In this document: piece by piece, positions 45,667-58,968 of the stretch
Layout: each line of letters starts with the position of its first letter
How positions within the stretch are numbered: the stretch's first letter is position 1
NCBI GenBank assembly: GCA_032718475.1
Contig: JAUCBJ010008555.1
Coordinates: 73,303-137,302, forward strand
Direction: 5' to 3'
DNA: 64,000 bases
From: Nemertoderma westbladi
Lineage: Eukaryota; Animalia; Xenacoelomorpha
Made by a program: the position numbers and the translations under genes
Notes under the pieces: model-generated
What the model saw: the letters and a program-made list of their open reading frames with translations, nothing else
What the model was told of the DNA's origin: nothing
Databases searched by the model: none

Positions 45667-48055
45667 GTGGGTGGGTGGGGTGTAGCAATAATTTCAAAAT
45701 TCAAAGATAAGTTGGCTAATAAAGATTTAGGTTTAATCTCCGCTCAACTCGAATCTGATACCTCAGACGCTATGTTACATAAATTAAACTTAATGGTGCA
45801 AGAAACGATGAAAGATTCTATTGTTTATCCGAAGACAGAAACCAAAACTATGTCGACTGCTCATTCAGAGTACAGATAGTGGGAGAATTTGCTTGCCGAT
45901 AACGAATCAAAATCTATTTGGAATGCGATAAACTGGAAAGGTGCGATAGCGCAGAACCACGAAATTACATCGAACAAGCCAACAGACAATGAGTTTCATT
46001 CACATTTCACCAATTTGCTTAATCGACCATGTCCCGCCACAGTTGACTCGATCGACACATCGTCGTCGCCATATATACCAATATTAGACGATCCTATATC
46101 TCCAATTGAAGTGGACGACGCTTTAAATCATTTAAAAGCTAATAAAAGTGCAACCGGAATAGCACCGTGCTTGTTAAAAAGTTTACCAATTAATTTTATT
46201 GTGTTCCTTGCATTAATATTTAATACCATATTTTTGTCAAGTTCTATCCCTTGTCAGTGGATTTATAGTAAGCTTAGCATTCTGTTCAAAAGGGGCAACA
46301 GAAGCAATTGCAATAATTATAGAGGTATATCCGTTAGTGATTCTTTGTGCAAAATATATGATAATATTTTAGCGAGTAGGTTGATACGCTGGTTAACACC
46401 CAATAGGGCACAAGCAGGCGGTCAGAAACATTGTTCGTGCTTCGAACAAATTTTAGCGCTACGACTAATTATAGATCACGTTAAGTACAAGACAGTGAAG
46501 TTGTTTATAATTTTTGTAGACTTTAGCAAAGCGTACGATAGGGTTGATCGTGCCATGCTTATTTCTAAATTAGTCATTTTAGGTTGTGGTGTAAATATGA
46601 TAAACGCTATTAAGGCTCTTTATAGAGTTACTAAGTTACAGTTAAATAAAACCGAAATCGATTTTAATACAGGAGTCCGCCAGCCAAGGGGCACCGAGTA
46701 GTTTATTTTTGTTTACAGTATATATAGATGCTATGGTTGCTATGTTTGACGCTTTTACCAGTAATAACGAATACTTAGGAGCATTGAATCCACTTCTATT
46801 CATGGACAACACTGCTATTTTAGCAGAAAGTATAGGAGTCAATGTTTGAGGAGGTTTTAATTAATTTTTGCACATCTCATAGTATGAGTATCAATGAACT
46901 GAAAACTAAATTTATGGTAATTAACGGTACTCGAGACGATAGGGCTAATCTTGTAATAAGTAAAGGTGATAGCTATATTACAGTAAAAAATACAGATGCT
47001 TATGTTTACTTAGGAGCGCATTTTACCCAAGACGGAAAACTTAAATCTGCAATTAAATTACATGCGAAGGAAGTGGAAAAACATGTTAGGAAGTTTGGGA
47101 TATTTTGCGCCTCTAAGACTAATATGCCGTTTATATTAAAAAGATCCGTTTACAATAGTGCAGTATTAGCAGCAGTTTTATATTCTTGCGATACTTGGCT
47201 GTCTGAAGTAGGTAGTAATGAGATTAGGTCACTTTATATCAGATTAGTAAAATTACTACTTAATGTAAGAATTACAACGCCCAATAAGTTATGTTTGGTT
47301 GAATTAGGTATGCCAGAAGTAGACTCTATGATTTATTCAATTACACAGAAATCTTTAATTCGATTAATGAAAAACTGGAATCCTGAAGATCCCGTATATA
47401 AGGCTTATGAGATCTGTAAGAAATCAAACTCTCCCGGATACAGATATATAAGCAAGCTTTTGAAGAACGAATCTAATATTTTATAAAGACAGATAAACTT
47501 AAATTACAAGCTAAAATTATGAATAAAGCGATAAATCAAAGTAAATTTAAAATCTATACGGAAATAAATCCTACTCTAGAATGCCATAAAGTATATTCAG
47601 AAAAGATTTTTATTCCAGATTCAAAAAGGGTTGACTTTAGTCGTTTTAGACTGAGTTCACATCGTCTACGCATAGAAATGGGTAGGTGGTCCAGAACTCC
47701 CAGATGTGACAGAGTTTGCAGTTGTGACTCAGTATCAGTGCAGTCAGAACACCACGCCATTTTTGATTGTCCTTTTACAAAGGAAATAAGAACTAAATAC
47801 AATATACAGTAGTAGCAATTAATAATTTAAAGGAATTAATGGATTTGTACGATAGCTCCACAATCTGTAAAATAATAAATGAAGTAATTAACTCGTTTTA
47901 GGTCATAATTAATTAAAAATTAATTAATATTTTTCTTGGACTAATATCTTTGCCGCATTTTATTAATATATACTCGATTTATTTGGTGAAATTATGTAAA
48001 TATTTTTGTGCGTTTAGTTAGATATTATGTCAATAAACTTATATATATATATAGC
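45667..48055 (+). pseudogene. Decayed 5'-truncated non-LTR retrotransposon RT (RTE/RTEX-like)
   Basis: NYRGIS, QAGG, FVDFSKAYD, GVRQ, LLFMDN, YLG, RFRLSSHRLRIEMGR...C.C...H...C across frameshifts. (TA)n tail at about 48041. Confidence 0.8.
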
Positions 48056-48388
48056 TAGTATTTTTTTAATAACTAATTTTAAAAGAAGGATTTCACTGCA
48101 CTGAGGTAATATATTCAGAAATTAATTACATAGAAGACTTACACTGTATAAGTAATAAATAAATTCCTCTAAACTCAAATCAGTCATTTTTACAACATGT
48201 AATCATAAAGCTATAGAAATTAAAATAATCTATAAAATATAATAATTACCTTGATATCAAATAAAACATTATATATATTGACAAATATAATATGTAAGTT
48301 TTTTAAAAATTGGCTCTTAGAACAACAACAACCTTTATTGATCTTGTAAAGGTTGTAAAAAAAATTATGTATTAGTGATGTGATAGTT

Positions 48389-49120
48389 ATGGAACTAAAA
48401 CAACCATTATTGATCTTGTTGTTGTACACTCTGCACCTGTCGATGAAACTTCTGGTCTGTGATGGGGTGAATTGTACAGAATCATTTAATGCCAAGATAA
48501 CTGCAAAAAATCCATCAACGATGGATGATGAATGGAATATGGAGTTTATTAAAAATGCCAATGAAGCAGATAGCATGTTCGGAAAATTGAATAGCACCAA
48601 TTGTTCATCGTGTGCCCGCGTATCTAACGCTGTATTGGCCACGCACTTCGTTTCACGCACCAAATACTTATACGAATTCGAGATGAATCTATGTGTCAGT
48701 GAATCCTTCTTCCCGGAATATCTGTGCCGACCCGTAAGTGAGAGCGAATGCGGTAGTGGTAATCCTTTCCGAGAAGATGTACAAGAAACTCGCGGTTTAC
48801 CTTATGCCATTATATATAACTATAGTTCCTTTTTCACTGAAGCTTATTCTGTGTGCCAACTCCAGTGTTGCGATAATGAGGACTTCTGTGGTGAACCCGT
48901 TACGTGGAATAACAATATCGTGGGAAATGTTCCCGGTGGGAAGATCAACTGGAATGCGAAACCGACGAACGATAAACCACCGGTTTTTGAGGCAAGCACT
49001 ACTGTTAGTCAACAGGAAGATAGTTCCGAATCAGAAGGGTCTACAAATGCTTGCTCTCATTCGGGTATCGTGTTATTGACTTGTATAATACCCATGGTGG
49101 GGCTAAACATAAGGTTGTAG
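48389..49120 (+). CDS. Intronless secreted, probably GPI-anchored Cys-rich protein (Ly6/uPAR- or quiver-like)
   Basis: Hydrophobic N-terminus (PLLILLLYTLHL), Cys-rich domain ending CQLQCCDNEDFC, S/T/E-rich linker, small-residue site (NACS) plus hydrophobic C-tail. Confidence 0.7.
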   Translation: MELKQPLLILLLYTLHLSMKLLVCDGVNCTESFNAKITAKNPSTMDDEWNMEFIKNANEADSMFGKLNSTNCSSCARVSNAVLATHFVSRTKYLYEFEMNLCVSESFFPEYLCRPVSESECGSGNPFREDVQETRGLPYAIIYNYSSFFTEAYSVCQLQCCDNEDFCGEPVTWNNNIVGNVPGGKINWNAKPTNDKPPVFEASTTVSQQEDSSESEGSTNACSHSGIVLLTCIIPMVGLNIRL

Positions 49121-49369
49121 AATTCTACAATGTCGTAAGAAGAATATACTGTAGATAATAACTAATAATAATAAGATATGCTATTAAACTGAAACATATT
49201 GTACTATCCCACATTTTCTATACCTCTAATATTTTCTATATATTATTGCACTTTATTGCCATGAACGTAATAATAATAGTGCTTTATTTCTCTTTTATAT
49301 TTTTAAAAGTAAAAGTATCGGTAAAATATCAGCGATAGCGCCAGGGTGCGATTTTGGGGCAACCATCGA

Positions 49370-49660
49370 TCCCATTCAAATAATAGAATCGATTAATATT
49401 AATGCCAGGCGACCCACGAAGATCGAGGTCGAACAATACCAGTACCTGGACAGCATCGATTTCTCCGTACCCGAACTGGGCGTCCCGAAAGTATCCCTCA
49501 TAGTTGGAATGGACTGCCCGATGGCCCACAGGAGGTTTTCCTGCCGATTCTGAGATGATGGGGAGAGAGGCCCAATGGCGATTTGCACGCCATTTGGATG
49601 GACACTCAGCGGCCCAATCAAGTCTAGAATTCCGTTCAGCGTGTCGGAATCCTCAGGGTG
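49370..49660 (+). mobile_element. BEL/Pao pol fragment
   Basis: KVSLIVGMDCP...GPMAICTPFGWTLSGP matches QVTVLLGQDAP...PYAVETPFGWSVCGP of the intact BEL ORF in this window. Confidence 0.65.
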
Positions 49661-50539
49661 CATGTTTGCAGGCAAAATGAGAGAAATGGAGGACGAAGGA
49701 GCAGAGGAGAAACCAGAGACAAGCGATGAGGAGGACCCATATGAGAAGCAGGCCGAGGAAGAAAACAAGGAGTCGGGGATGGGTATGGATCTGGAACCAT
49801 GCATAGTGGAGCGTGGTGAGAGGGTGGAGGACAGAGAAATACCGCCGACTGATGAGTCAGGAAGAGAAACAACAACAAGAGAGAGGGCGGAGGAGAATGG
49901 GGAGTATCGGTATGGGGATGGAGAAGAGTGGACAGCGAGATGTCCGGAGAGGTGTCCGGATCAGACGCTGGTCCAGTTGAGAGGCATACTGGTGGGGAGG
50001 AGATCGAGTAAGAATACAAAGTGGAAAGGGAGAGGATGTGGGAAGATTAGACCAGGGGCAGAGAAGCCCATGATGAAACGTGACAAAGGAGGCAGGAAAG
50101 TGGGAGAGGGCATGTTGTACATGCATAAGGGGGTGGTAGAGTGCAAAGGGGCATTAAATGGTAAGCCATTACGTGTACCGATGGATGACCGGGGGTCATA
50201 GGGGGCTTTAATGCCAGCGCATATATTAAGCGGGAGGAAAAACCCGACTTAAGGGTGAAGGAGAAGGGAAGGTCAATTCCAAAAGAGTTGGAATTGAGAA
50301 GAAGAGTGGGGCGAAGATTAAGAGGACCAATAGGTGGGCAGTAGGATAGTTGCCTGCTGTAAGAATCGCCCTTAGGTTGTTGAGTCATCCAATATGTTGG
50401 ATTGAGGGGGGTGGGAATGAGGGCGAGACGCCCTTCTCACACATAAAAATAAAAATATAAAATAAATAACAAGCAAATAATAAAATAAGTAGTAAGATAG
50501 TAGAAAGTAATAGTAGTAGGTAATACGTAGTACTAAGTA

Positions 50540-52085
50540 AGGTACATAGTACCGTAGAAGTTAGAAGTTCTGGGCACTGAGGGCACACATAGGAGCAGTA
50601 GCAGGGTACTTAGTACCGTAGAGGTTGTGGGCACCAAAAGCGCCATGTGGTAAGAGAGTAGAGGGTATGGTATGTAGATATACCATAGAAGTAGTAGCAG
50701 AGGGTTTGTGGGCACCGAAAGTGCCACGTAGTAAGAGAGTGGAGGGTATGGTATGTAGGTATACCATAGAGGTAGTAGCAGAGGGGTTGTGGGCACCGAA
50801 AGCGCCACGTAGTAAGAGAGTGAAGGGTATGGTATGTAGGTATACCATAAACGTAGTAGCAGAGGGGTTGTGGGCACCGAAAGCACCACGTAGTAAGAGA
50901 GTAGAGGGTATGGTATGTAGATATACCATAGAAGTAGTAGCAGAGGGGTTGTGGGCACCGAAAGCACCACATAGTAAGAGAGTGAAGGGTATGGTATGTA
51001 GGTATACCATAGAAGTAGTAGCAGAGGGGTTGTGGGCACCGAAAGCGCCATGTAGTAAGAGAGTGAAGGGTATGGTATGTAGGTATACCATAGAAGTAGT
51101 AGCAGAGGGGTTGTGGGCACCGAAAGCGCCATGTAGTAAGAGAGTGAAGGGTATGGTATGTAGGTATACCATAGAAGTAGTAGCAGAGGGTTTGTGGGCA
51201 CCGAAAGTGCCACGTAGTAAGAGAGTAGAGGGTATGGTATGTAGGTATACCATAGAGGTAGTAGCAGAGGGGTTGTGGGCACCGAAAGCGCCACGTAGTA
51301 AGAGAGTGAAGGGTATGGTATGTAGGTATACCATAAAAGTAGTAGCAGAGGGGTTGTGGGCACCGAAAGCACCACGTAGTAAGAGAGTAGAGGGTATGGT
51401 ATGTAGATATACCATAGAAGTAGTAGCAGAGGGGTTGTAGGCACAGAAAGTGCCACGTAGTAAGAGAGTAGAGGGTATGGTATGTAGGTATACCATAGAG
51501 GTAGTAGCAGAGGGGTTGTGGGCACCGAAAGCGCCACGTAGTAAGAGAGTGAAGGGTATGGTATGTAGGTATACCATAAAAGTAGTAGCAGAAGGGTTGT
51601 GGGCACCGAAAGCACCACATAGTAAGAGAGTGAAGGGTATGGTATGTAGGTATACCATAGAAGTAGTAGCAGAGGGGTTGTGGGCACCGAAAGCGCCATG
51701 TAGTAAGAGAGTGAAGGGTATGGTATGTAGGTATACCATAGAAGTAGTAGCAGAGGGGTTGTGGGCACCGAAAGCGCCATGTAGTAAGAGAGTGAAGGGT
51801 ATGGTATGTAGGTATACCATAAAAGTAGTAGCAGAAGGGTTGTGGGCACCGAAAGCACCACATAGTAAGAGAGTGAAGGGTATGGTATGTAGGTATACCA
51901 TAGAAGTAGTAGCAGAGGGGTTGTGGGCACCGAAAGCGCCATGTAGTAAGAGAGTGAAGGGTATGGTATGTAGGTATACCATAGAGGTAGTAGCAGAGGG
52001 GTTGTGGGCACCGAAAGCACCATGTAGTAAGAGAGTAAAGGGTATGTAGGCATACCATAGTAGTAGTAGGGTACATAGTAAGAAG
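50540..52085. repeat. 81-bp minisatellite (about 18 copies)
   Basis: GTGGGCACCGAAAGCGCCACGTAGTAAGAGAGTGAAGGGTATGGTATGTAGGTATACCATAGAAGTAGTAGCAGAGGGGTT repeated. Confidence 0.96.
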
Positions 52086-52766
52086 GAAGTAGGAAGGTAG
52101 ATAGGATGATAGCACAGACAGGGGGCAACATAGATAAAAGATTTAAATAAAACTAAGAAAAATTGGCACTTTGGGGGTGGTAGAGAACACAGGACATTGT
52201 GGAGCAGTGGGGATGGGCCAGCTCATGGGGCTTGTCTGCCACAAGCCGATGGACTGGGGCAAGTCCGAGAGGAGTACGGAGCGGAACTGGCGAACTCGCT
52301 GAAATGAGGAGCGAGGCCAGGGAAACAGGAGATATATCAGATCCGAAAGGGAGCGATAAAGATATATCAGAAGAGATATATCTTACAGGAGGATTGGATA
52401 ATGATAGGTGTATTAAACCTATTCATGGCTGTGGTTATCGGAAGAGAGCCGACAGTGTTTCTGCTATCAGAAGCACCTCTAAATCACAGGAGAGCCTTTA
52501 AGGTGGCCTTTGAGGGTCTTGTAGACCACCCGGGGCTGAAGGGCAAGTCGGTGCACTACGATAGCCGACACCTAGTGGACAGAGAGGTGGACACACCGTA
52601 CAAGAGGTGGAAGAAGTTGGTAGCATATTTGAGGGCCCATGGGGATTTCCTCAGGGGAGTTGGCAAGGATACCAAAAGGACACCAACCATCGACCTGGAA
52701 GGCAAATACGAACTCCTAAGTACAAATAATTAAGTGCAATTAGTATGTACGTATGTAGATAATCTA

Positions 52767-54775
52767 CAGTGCCGGATTAAGCCTCTGGTGGCCCTAAGGC
52801 ACATTTTAGTAATTTCCAAAAATGGCCCGAAAATTGATATTTTTCCGCAAACCCTTTCAAAAGAAACAGCTGCTAAAAACAACTGAAATTGTGAAAATGT
52901 TGCGAAGGAAGAAATATAGAGTATTTTCGTTGGATGACTGCGTGCAAATAAGTACTAAGTACTTTAATAATAAGTACTTTGCAAAAATTGTTTTCATCAA
53001 GAATTGTAACATTAATAAACGGCATATAATGCCTATAAAACCTTTGCTATAAAAAGTTTAATGGTTTTGGTAGAATTTCTCAAACTTTAATTTTTAATAT
53101 ATTAATGGGACCATTATCCCAAATCTATTTGTTTTATTTATAAAGCTACTATTCTGATACTTTAACACAATGATCTGTGATCTTTTATATACTATGAAAA
53201 CTGAGTATAGATACAGTAGCTTCATAAACCGTTTGTTCGAAAAATATGGCACTTTTTGAGCAGGTCGGTTTTTTTCAAAAATTATGTTTAAGCTCTATAG
53301 CTCATGTTTAAGGATCTGTAATACCACCTCACCTGCATTGAAGTTCTTGGTCCAAGACTTTGGTAAAATGGACCTAGATCTGTACGCTATCTTCTATGAA
53401 AATTTTAGCATAAAATTATTGTTTTTGAAAAATTTATGGGGGTTTTAGTATATCTGGGCTATATTTTGGGAATCAAATATTTTGTGAAAGACAAAGTGTA
53501 GCAGTTACAAAATCGGTTCTAGAAGATCCAAATGATTATGTTTTACAAAACCAACGATAGTAGTCTTAAAGCTGCTGAACATTTTGGTATATGTTTGATG
53601 GCAATTACGTAAAAAATAAAATAGTAGTTAGGGAATTTAGTGATGAATAAAGTCAAAATTGACAAACTAATAAAAAGGTTATTTTATACAGAGAGTCATA
53701 AATATCAGCAATATACTATGTTCTTGAAAAGAGCAGTTTTGAGGTCAAAAAATAATTCAATGTTGAAAACCGATATCAACTTATGAAAGCCCTTCTATCA
53801 AACTACAAAAAAATTATCTAAATTTTCGAAAATTTCATTTCTGTGTGGGTTATAGTTGGCCCCATTAAGGCTGACTGGCCCCTGTAGGAATTTAGCAATT
53901 TGATCGGATCGTGGGAATGTGTTATTTATTTGCTGTAGGGTAGGTTTCGCAGGGTACTTATCTTTACAGGACTTGCTTGGAAATATAACACACCAAAAGT
54001 GTGGGCTTAGTGCAAAGATATAATATTTCTGATCTAGATTTGGACTTGCTGAGAAAGTAATGTTCTTTGATAAGAGAACAGTCTCGGAAATAAGCACTTT
54101 TGGTCACTAATTTTAATTTACCCAAATCCAATTATGCTGTCCGAGAGTTTTAGGTTTTGTAGGAATTGCACCTAAAATGCCATCGAATGCAAAATTCAAT
54201 ACACGAGGGCAGAACATCTGAATTTCGGATAAATTTAATTACAGTAGTGACAAGAAGTTAATTTTGACACGTTTTTTTTTATCAACAACTATTTTATCTA
54301 CAATTAATTTATCCTATTTTTTTCCTCTATTAGGGCCTATATTTATAAAACTAGTTTCCGCACTACCATATCTCCACGCCATACATATACTGTACTATTT
54401 TAAGAGCATAACTACAGTATAAATATTTCCCCACAAATAAATAAAATTAAATTCTCCATTGTTCATAATTAGCACTTTAAAGTTTTACTGCCCATGTTTT
54501 ATTATTTCCCTGCCATCAGGACTCGAACTAATAACACAGCACCTGTCGGTCGACTGAGCTAGAATTTTGCACTTTCTATCAGAAATTGAGGGATAGAAGG
54601 TAGTCGAAAGATGCACTTTCTTGCTCTGTTTTCTACAAATTTTAGTGAGAAAAAATGTGGACTTTTCAAATAAAAATATTTTTTCACAGGAATGACTCGC
54701 TGAGAAAAAATGGCCCGTATTTTCGTCTGGCCCTAAGGCACGTGCCTTATATGCCTTAAGGTTAATCCGGCACTG
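52767..54775. mobile_element. Non-autonomous hAT-type DNA transposon (about 2 kb)
   Basis: 14-bp TIRs CAGTGCCGGATTAA / TTAATCCGGCACTG. Subterminal GGCCCTAAGGCAC at both ends. Imperfect TSD GATAATC(T)A / GATAATCA. Confidence 0.8.
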
Positions 54776-55176
54776 GATAATCAATAATTAATCAATATAA
54801 ATATATAACCAATGTCATTACTATAGTCATATATATAACCTTTCCCAATTAACTACTGGGACTGGGGACCAATTGACTATGACAGGAGGACGAGACACTA
54901 GACGAATCACGCTTCTTGGGTGCGACGGCACAAAAGGGGAGGGTGAGGCTCGTCAGGGGTAGGTGGAGACATTAGACGGATCCCATTTCTCAAGTGCGGC
55001 GGCCGCACTGATGAGAATGTGGGAGCCTGACAGGAGGGGATGGAGAACCAAACAAAATGGGTTGAGTATGAGGGAAGTATGGAGTGGAGGTGTTGGCGCG
55101 TGATGAAGTGAGATGAGTGCAATTCAAGTGTGGGGAGCGAGCAGTGAGAGAGGAAGAATCCCAAGGGACCGAAGAA

Positions 55177-55432
55177 GAGAGTAAGGGACAACGAGGTCCG
55201 TGAGAGAGAGAGAGTAAGGGACAACGAGGTCCGTGAGAGAGAGAGAGTAAGGGACAACGAGGTCTGTGAGAGAGAGAGTAAGGGACAACGAGGTCCGTGA
55301 GAGAGAGAGAGTAAGGGACAACGAGGTCCGTGAGAGAGAGAGAGTAAGGGACAACGAGGTCCGTGAGAGAGAGAGTAAAAGACAGCGAGGTCCGTGAGAG
55401 AGAGAGAGTAAGTGACTGCGAGGTCCGTGAGG
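55177..55432. repeat. About 34-36-bp tandem repeat with a (GA)n core (about 7 copies)
   Basis: GAGTAAGGGACAACGAGGTCCGT(GA)n repeated. Confidence 0.9.
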
Positions 55433-58353
55433 AAAATTAGAGTGAGGTTGTAGAAAATTGTGTGAAGAGAGAGCACAATTGTCTCAAACAGAGACACCAG
55501 ATACCTTGGTGCAACATAGCCCGCGATTGCACCAAGGGGGGGTAACACCCAGGGGGGGGGGGGGGGGGTCTGGAAAGCCGACCCCGAGAAAAGAACTCCA
55601 CCCCACACCCGATATTAGATTGGGTTCCAGCGGAATTGAAGCGCACTTAAGGTTGATGCTATCTTCTCACCGGGAAGATAGCATGGGGGGGAGTGTAAGC
55701 GGATTCAATTCCGTCGCATTATCCACCCGAAAATGGGACCAGTGGCATTTTACCAATATAGCTGGCGATACGAGATTACCAATAATAATCTCGCCTCATA
55801 ACCAACTTTGGGGGGGGGGGGGGGGCGACACAAGCCCTAAAGCCACAGAGAGAGGTGAGAGGTCAAACCACCTCGGAGGGAGAGCACAGCTAGTAGAGGC
55901 TAGCGGCGGGGGGAAACACTCACAAGGGAGTGCCAAAGTGACAATTAGTACATAAGCCAATAGCAGGCAGGGAAGCACGTGATCAGAGATAGGAAAGCAT
56001 CCACTGGGTACAGAAGGCCAAGTAGAGTAAGAGGTGAAACCAATATCTGTGTGTATCAATCATATATTATTCTGTATTACTGATTTAACGGTCAGTTGAT
56101 CAATCACAGAGTTGCAGACCGGTCATAGTTTACGACCGTCGCCAACCAATATCTATATTACTGATTTACTGCTGTCATTCTGTATTGTGGTATCAATTAC
56201 GTACTGATTCTGTGCTATTATCATTCGGAACATTAACATTGAGAAACACAAACTCTGATATTTTCTCCGACGGCCTTTGGCCAAACGACATTAGCTCAGC
56301 AGCCCAGCAGGACGGTGACACGTACAAATCTAACCTGGTCAGGATCTACGATCCCGTCACAATTTGTTAAGTTCTGGGGATGGTGGTGGTGTTTAGTGTT
56401 GTTCAGTGCTCATCTACTCTGATGCTTTAAATTTGACATATTTGCCATTCAACTAAACTAATCCATGATATATTACCAGTTACACCGCAGTTATTCTTCA
56501 ATAACTCTAGTTTTGGTAAATTTGTTGGATACTGATGGATGATGGATGGAAAGCTGGACAAAGCGACTGCGAGGATTCCAAAACAATCTGAAACGAAAAA
56601 TGATAACTGTAACACATTGTTTCGTTGGAAAATAGCTGAGAGATGATTCATGGTGTTGCATTTACGCGAAGCAATTTAATCTATTTAATAATCCAGATAA
56701 TGTAATTCTGACTAAAACATTGTATTTATGGTAGGGGTGGCAATTTTGAATTTCCCACAAGAAAGTTATCCAGCTTTTTACAATTTACTGATTGGTTGTG
56801 CAATGTGCATTGTGGAATATCTTAGAATCGGATGAGGTACTGCTACTGCTATACTCGTACTGTCTCTATCATTCTGGTATTGCTGTATTGATGCTTGCTG
56901 GCTGGCTTGTGTATGAGTAATTCTGTGATGTGCAGCTGCAGAGCTGTGTTACCGGTACCTGTACATTCTAGCAGAACCGGTACTGCAGTACATCCAGATA
57001 CTGAGATAGAAGCTGAGAAGGGTATCCTGGCAGCCTGGTATCAGAGTTGCTCCCTATGCCCTATGTCAGTATGTTACTGTGTTATGTACCGGTCAGCCGG
57101 TACCATATGTAGGCGTAGGCAGGCAGGCAGGTAGGCCTACTCGGTTGCCGTTCTTCCGATATTCCAGTATTCAGGATGGCATGGGCAGATGGGTGGTGGA
57201 TAGCAGATAGGTACCTGTAATGCATTCTTTAGATCATCCGTACCTGCCAGGGCCAGCCTGCATAAGCTATGCATGTCTGCCTGTATCTGTGTATGCTGTA
57301 TGCTATACCAGTATTCAGCATACAGGCATAGGCCTACTGGCATACAGCACTGTATATTGCAGTACAGCAGTAGGCCTATTGTATACTCAGTACAGCTGAC
57401 AGGCTGACCTGCCTGCTGCGGGACCGGTAGGCCGTCAGCCAGTCAGCCGTACTTACCGTACAGCCGTAGTTCTGTAGTTTGTAGTTCTGTAGTTACGGTC
57501 TGACGGTAGGCCTACCGGCTGACCGGTACCGGCACCTACTTTTTTTTCTAATGTCAGACAGTCAGACTGTGCCACCAGCTGACCACTGGTCAGTGACCAG
57601 TAACTTAGGCCTACCGCAAACGGGTTTGGGGTAGGTACTCTACAGCTCTACAGTCTGACAGTGTACCGGTCTGCCGGTACCGGTACTGTACTCTTTTGTA
57701 ATCAGTAATTTCTGAATGGCTCCCGTGGGAACAGGGAAAATTTGAATTTCACTTATTCCAGTTTCGGATTTTTAGGCCTAGGCCTACTATAATTAAATTA
57801 ATACCTGTCTGCCTGTTCTACCAGTCTGCCAGTTCAGCAGTTTGCAAGTAAAATAAAAAAAAATACCAGCAAATAATACCAGACAGATTACTGGATTAAC
57901 GCGAGTTATTAGTAGGCCTAGCCGCCTAGCCAGCTAGCAGGTACGGTAGTTAGCCAACTAGAACTAGTTCAGAAGAAATAGGGTACCGGTAGCACTTACG
58001 AACTCGTAACTTCTGAACTATAGAAGAGAACTAAGGCTGTAAGGCATATTGCAGTATTGCAGCTAGAAACTTCCTGCTGTCCTGACAAAAAGGGGCTGTC
58101 GAGTTGTCCGGAAAGCCAAAATCGTGTTGGACAAGTTCATGAATTCCGCATTGAATGAATGATCCAGCCTGGTTTTGGCAGACCTTGCACCTTGACCTAC
58201 TGACCTAACGCTCTAACTAACGACATCCCATTTTTGGCAGGGAGGACGTTTGTAGCCGTATTGCTCTAGTTGTTGTACCAATTAGGTTTGGTGACTATAG
58301 GCCTACTATATCTTAGACCATAGACAAGACACTACGTGTAGACTGTTAAATAA

Positions 58354-58968
58354 ATGCCATCCATATCAGAAATGACGACACCTCCAGTAACCTGGGCGCA
58401 ACGCAAGGACACACTACTTCTTAACATCCATGTCCCCGACTGCGAGTCACCGGAGATAACGGTGGAGGAATCCCTTGTAAAGTTCACCGGAACCAGTTCG
58501 GATGGGAAGAAATATGCTGTTGACCTAGAACTCTTTAAGGAAATCGATAAGGAATCCTTGACGAAAACTCTAACAGGTCGACTTATTCACCTTAATTTGA
58601 AGAAGAAAGACAAGACGGAACCCTATTGGAAATGTTTACTGAAAGGCAACCCCAAGCTCGGTTGGCTCAAAGTCGATTTCAACCAATGGGTAGACGAGGA
58701 TGATTCAGGTGATGAGGGTTTCGGCGGGGGCTTCGGTGGCGATATGGATTTTGGGAATATGGGGATGGGTAATATGGGTATGGGGGGACTTGGGGACAAC
58801 GACATGGATGACGATGATGATATGGACTCCGACGATGAGGATCTGCCTGACCTTGAGCCAGCTGTTGGTGAAGGAGCTGGGGAGGCTAAGGATAAACAAC
58901 TGGAGGAGGACGGCGCAGCGGAATCTAAGGAGAAAGAATCTCCGAAAATACCCGCAGTTCCATTGTAA
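58354..58968 (+). CDS. PTGES3: Hsp90 co-chaperone p23 / prostaglandin E synthase 3 homolog (intronless)
   Basis: PPVTWAQR...LKKK...YW..L...KLGWLKVDFNQWVDEDDS, followed by the G/M-rich and acidic DSDDEDLPDLE tail typical of p23. Confidence 0.93.
   Translation: MPSISEMTTPPVTWAQRKDTLLLNIHVPDCESPEITVEESLVKFTGTSSDGKKYAVDLELFKEIDKESLTKTLTGRLIHLNLKKKDKTEPYWKCLLKGNPKLGWLKVDFNQWVDEDDSGDEGFGGGFGGDMDFGNMGMGNMGMGGLGDNDMDDDDDMDSDDEDLPDLEPAVGEGAGEAKDKQLEEDGAAESKEKESPKIPAVPL

Noticed and set aside
49849-49875. CTGATGA...GAAAC as a third hammerhead
   Set aside because: No stem II or stem I complementarity.
50533-52131. Long ORFs on both strands (470-530 aa)
   Set aside because: Translation of an 81-bp satellite that is open in several frames.
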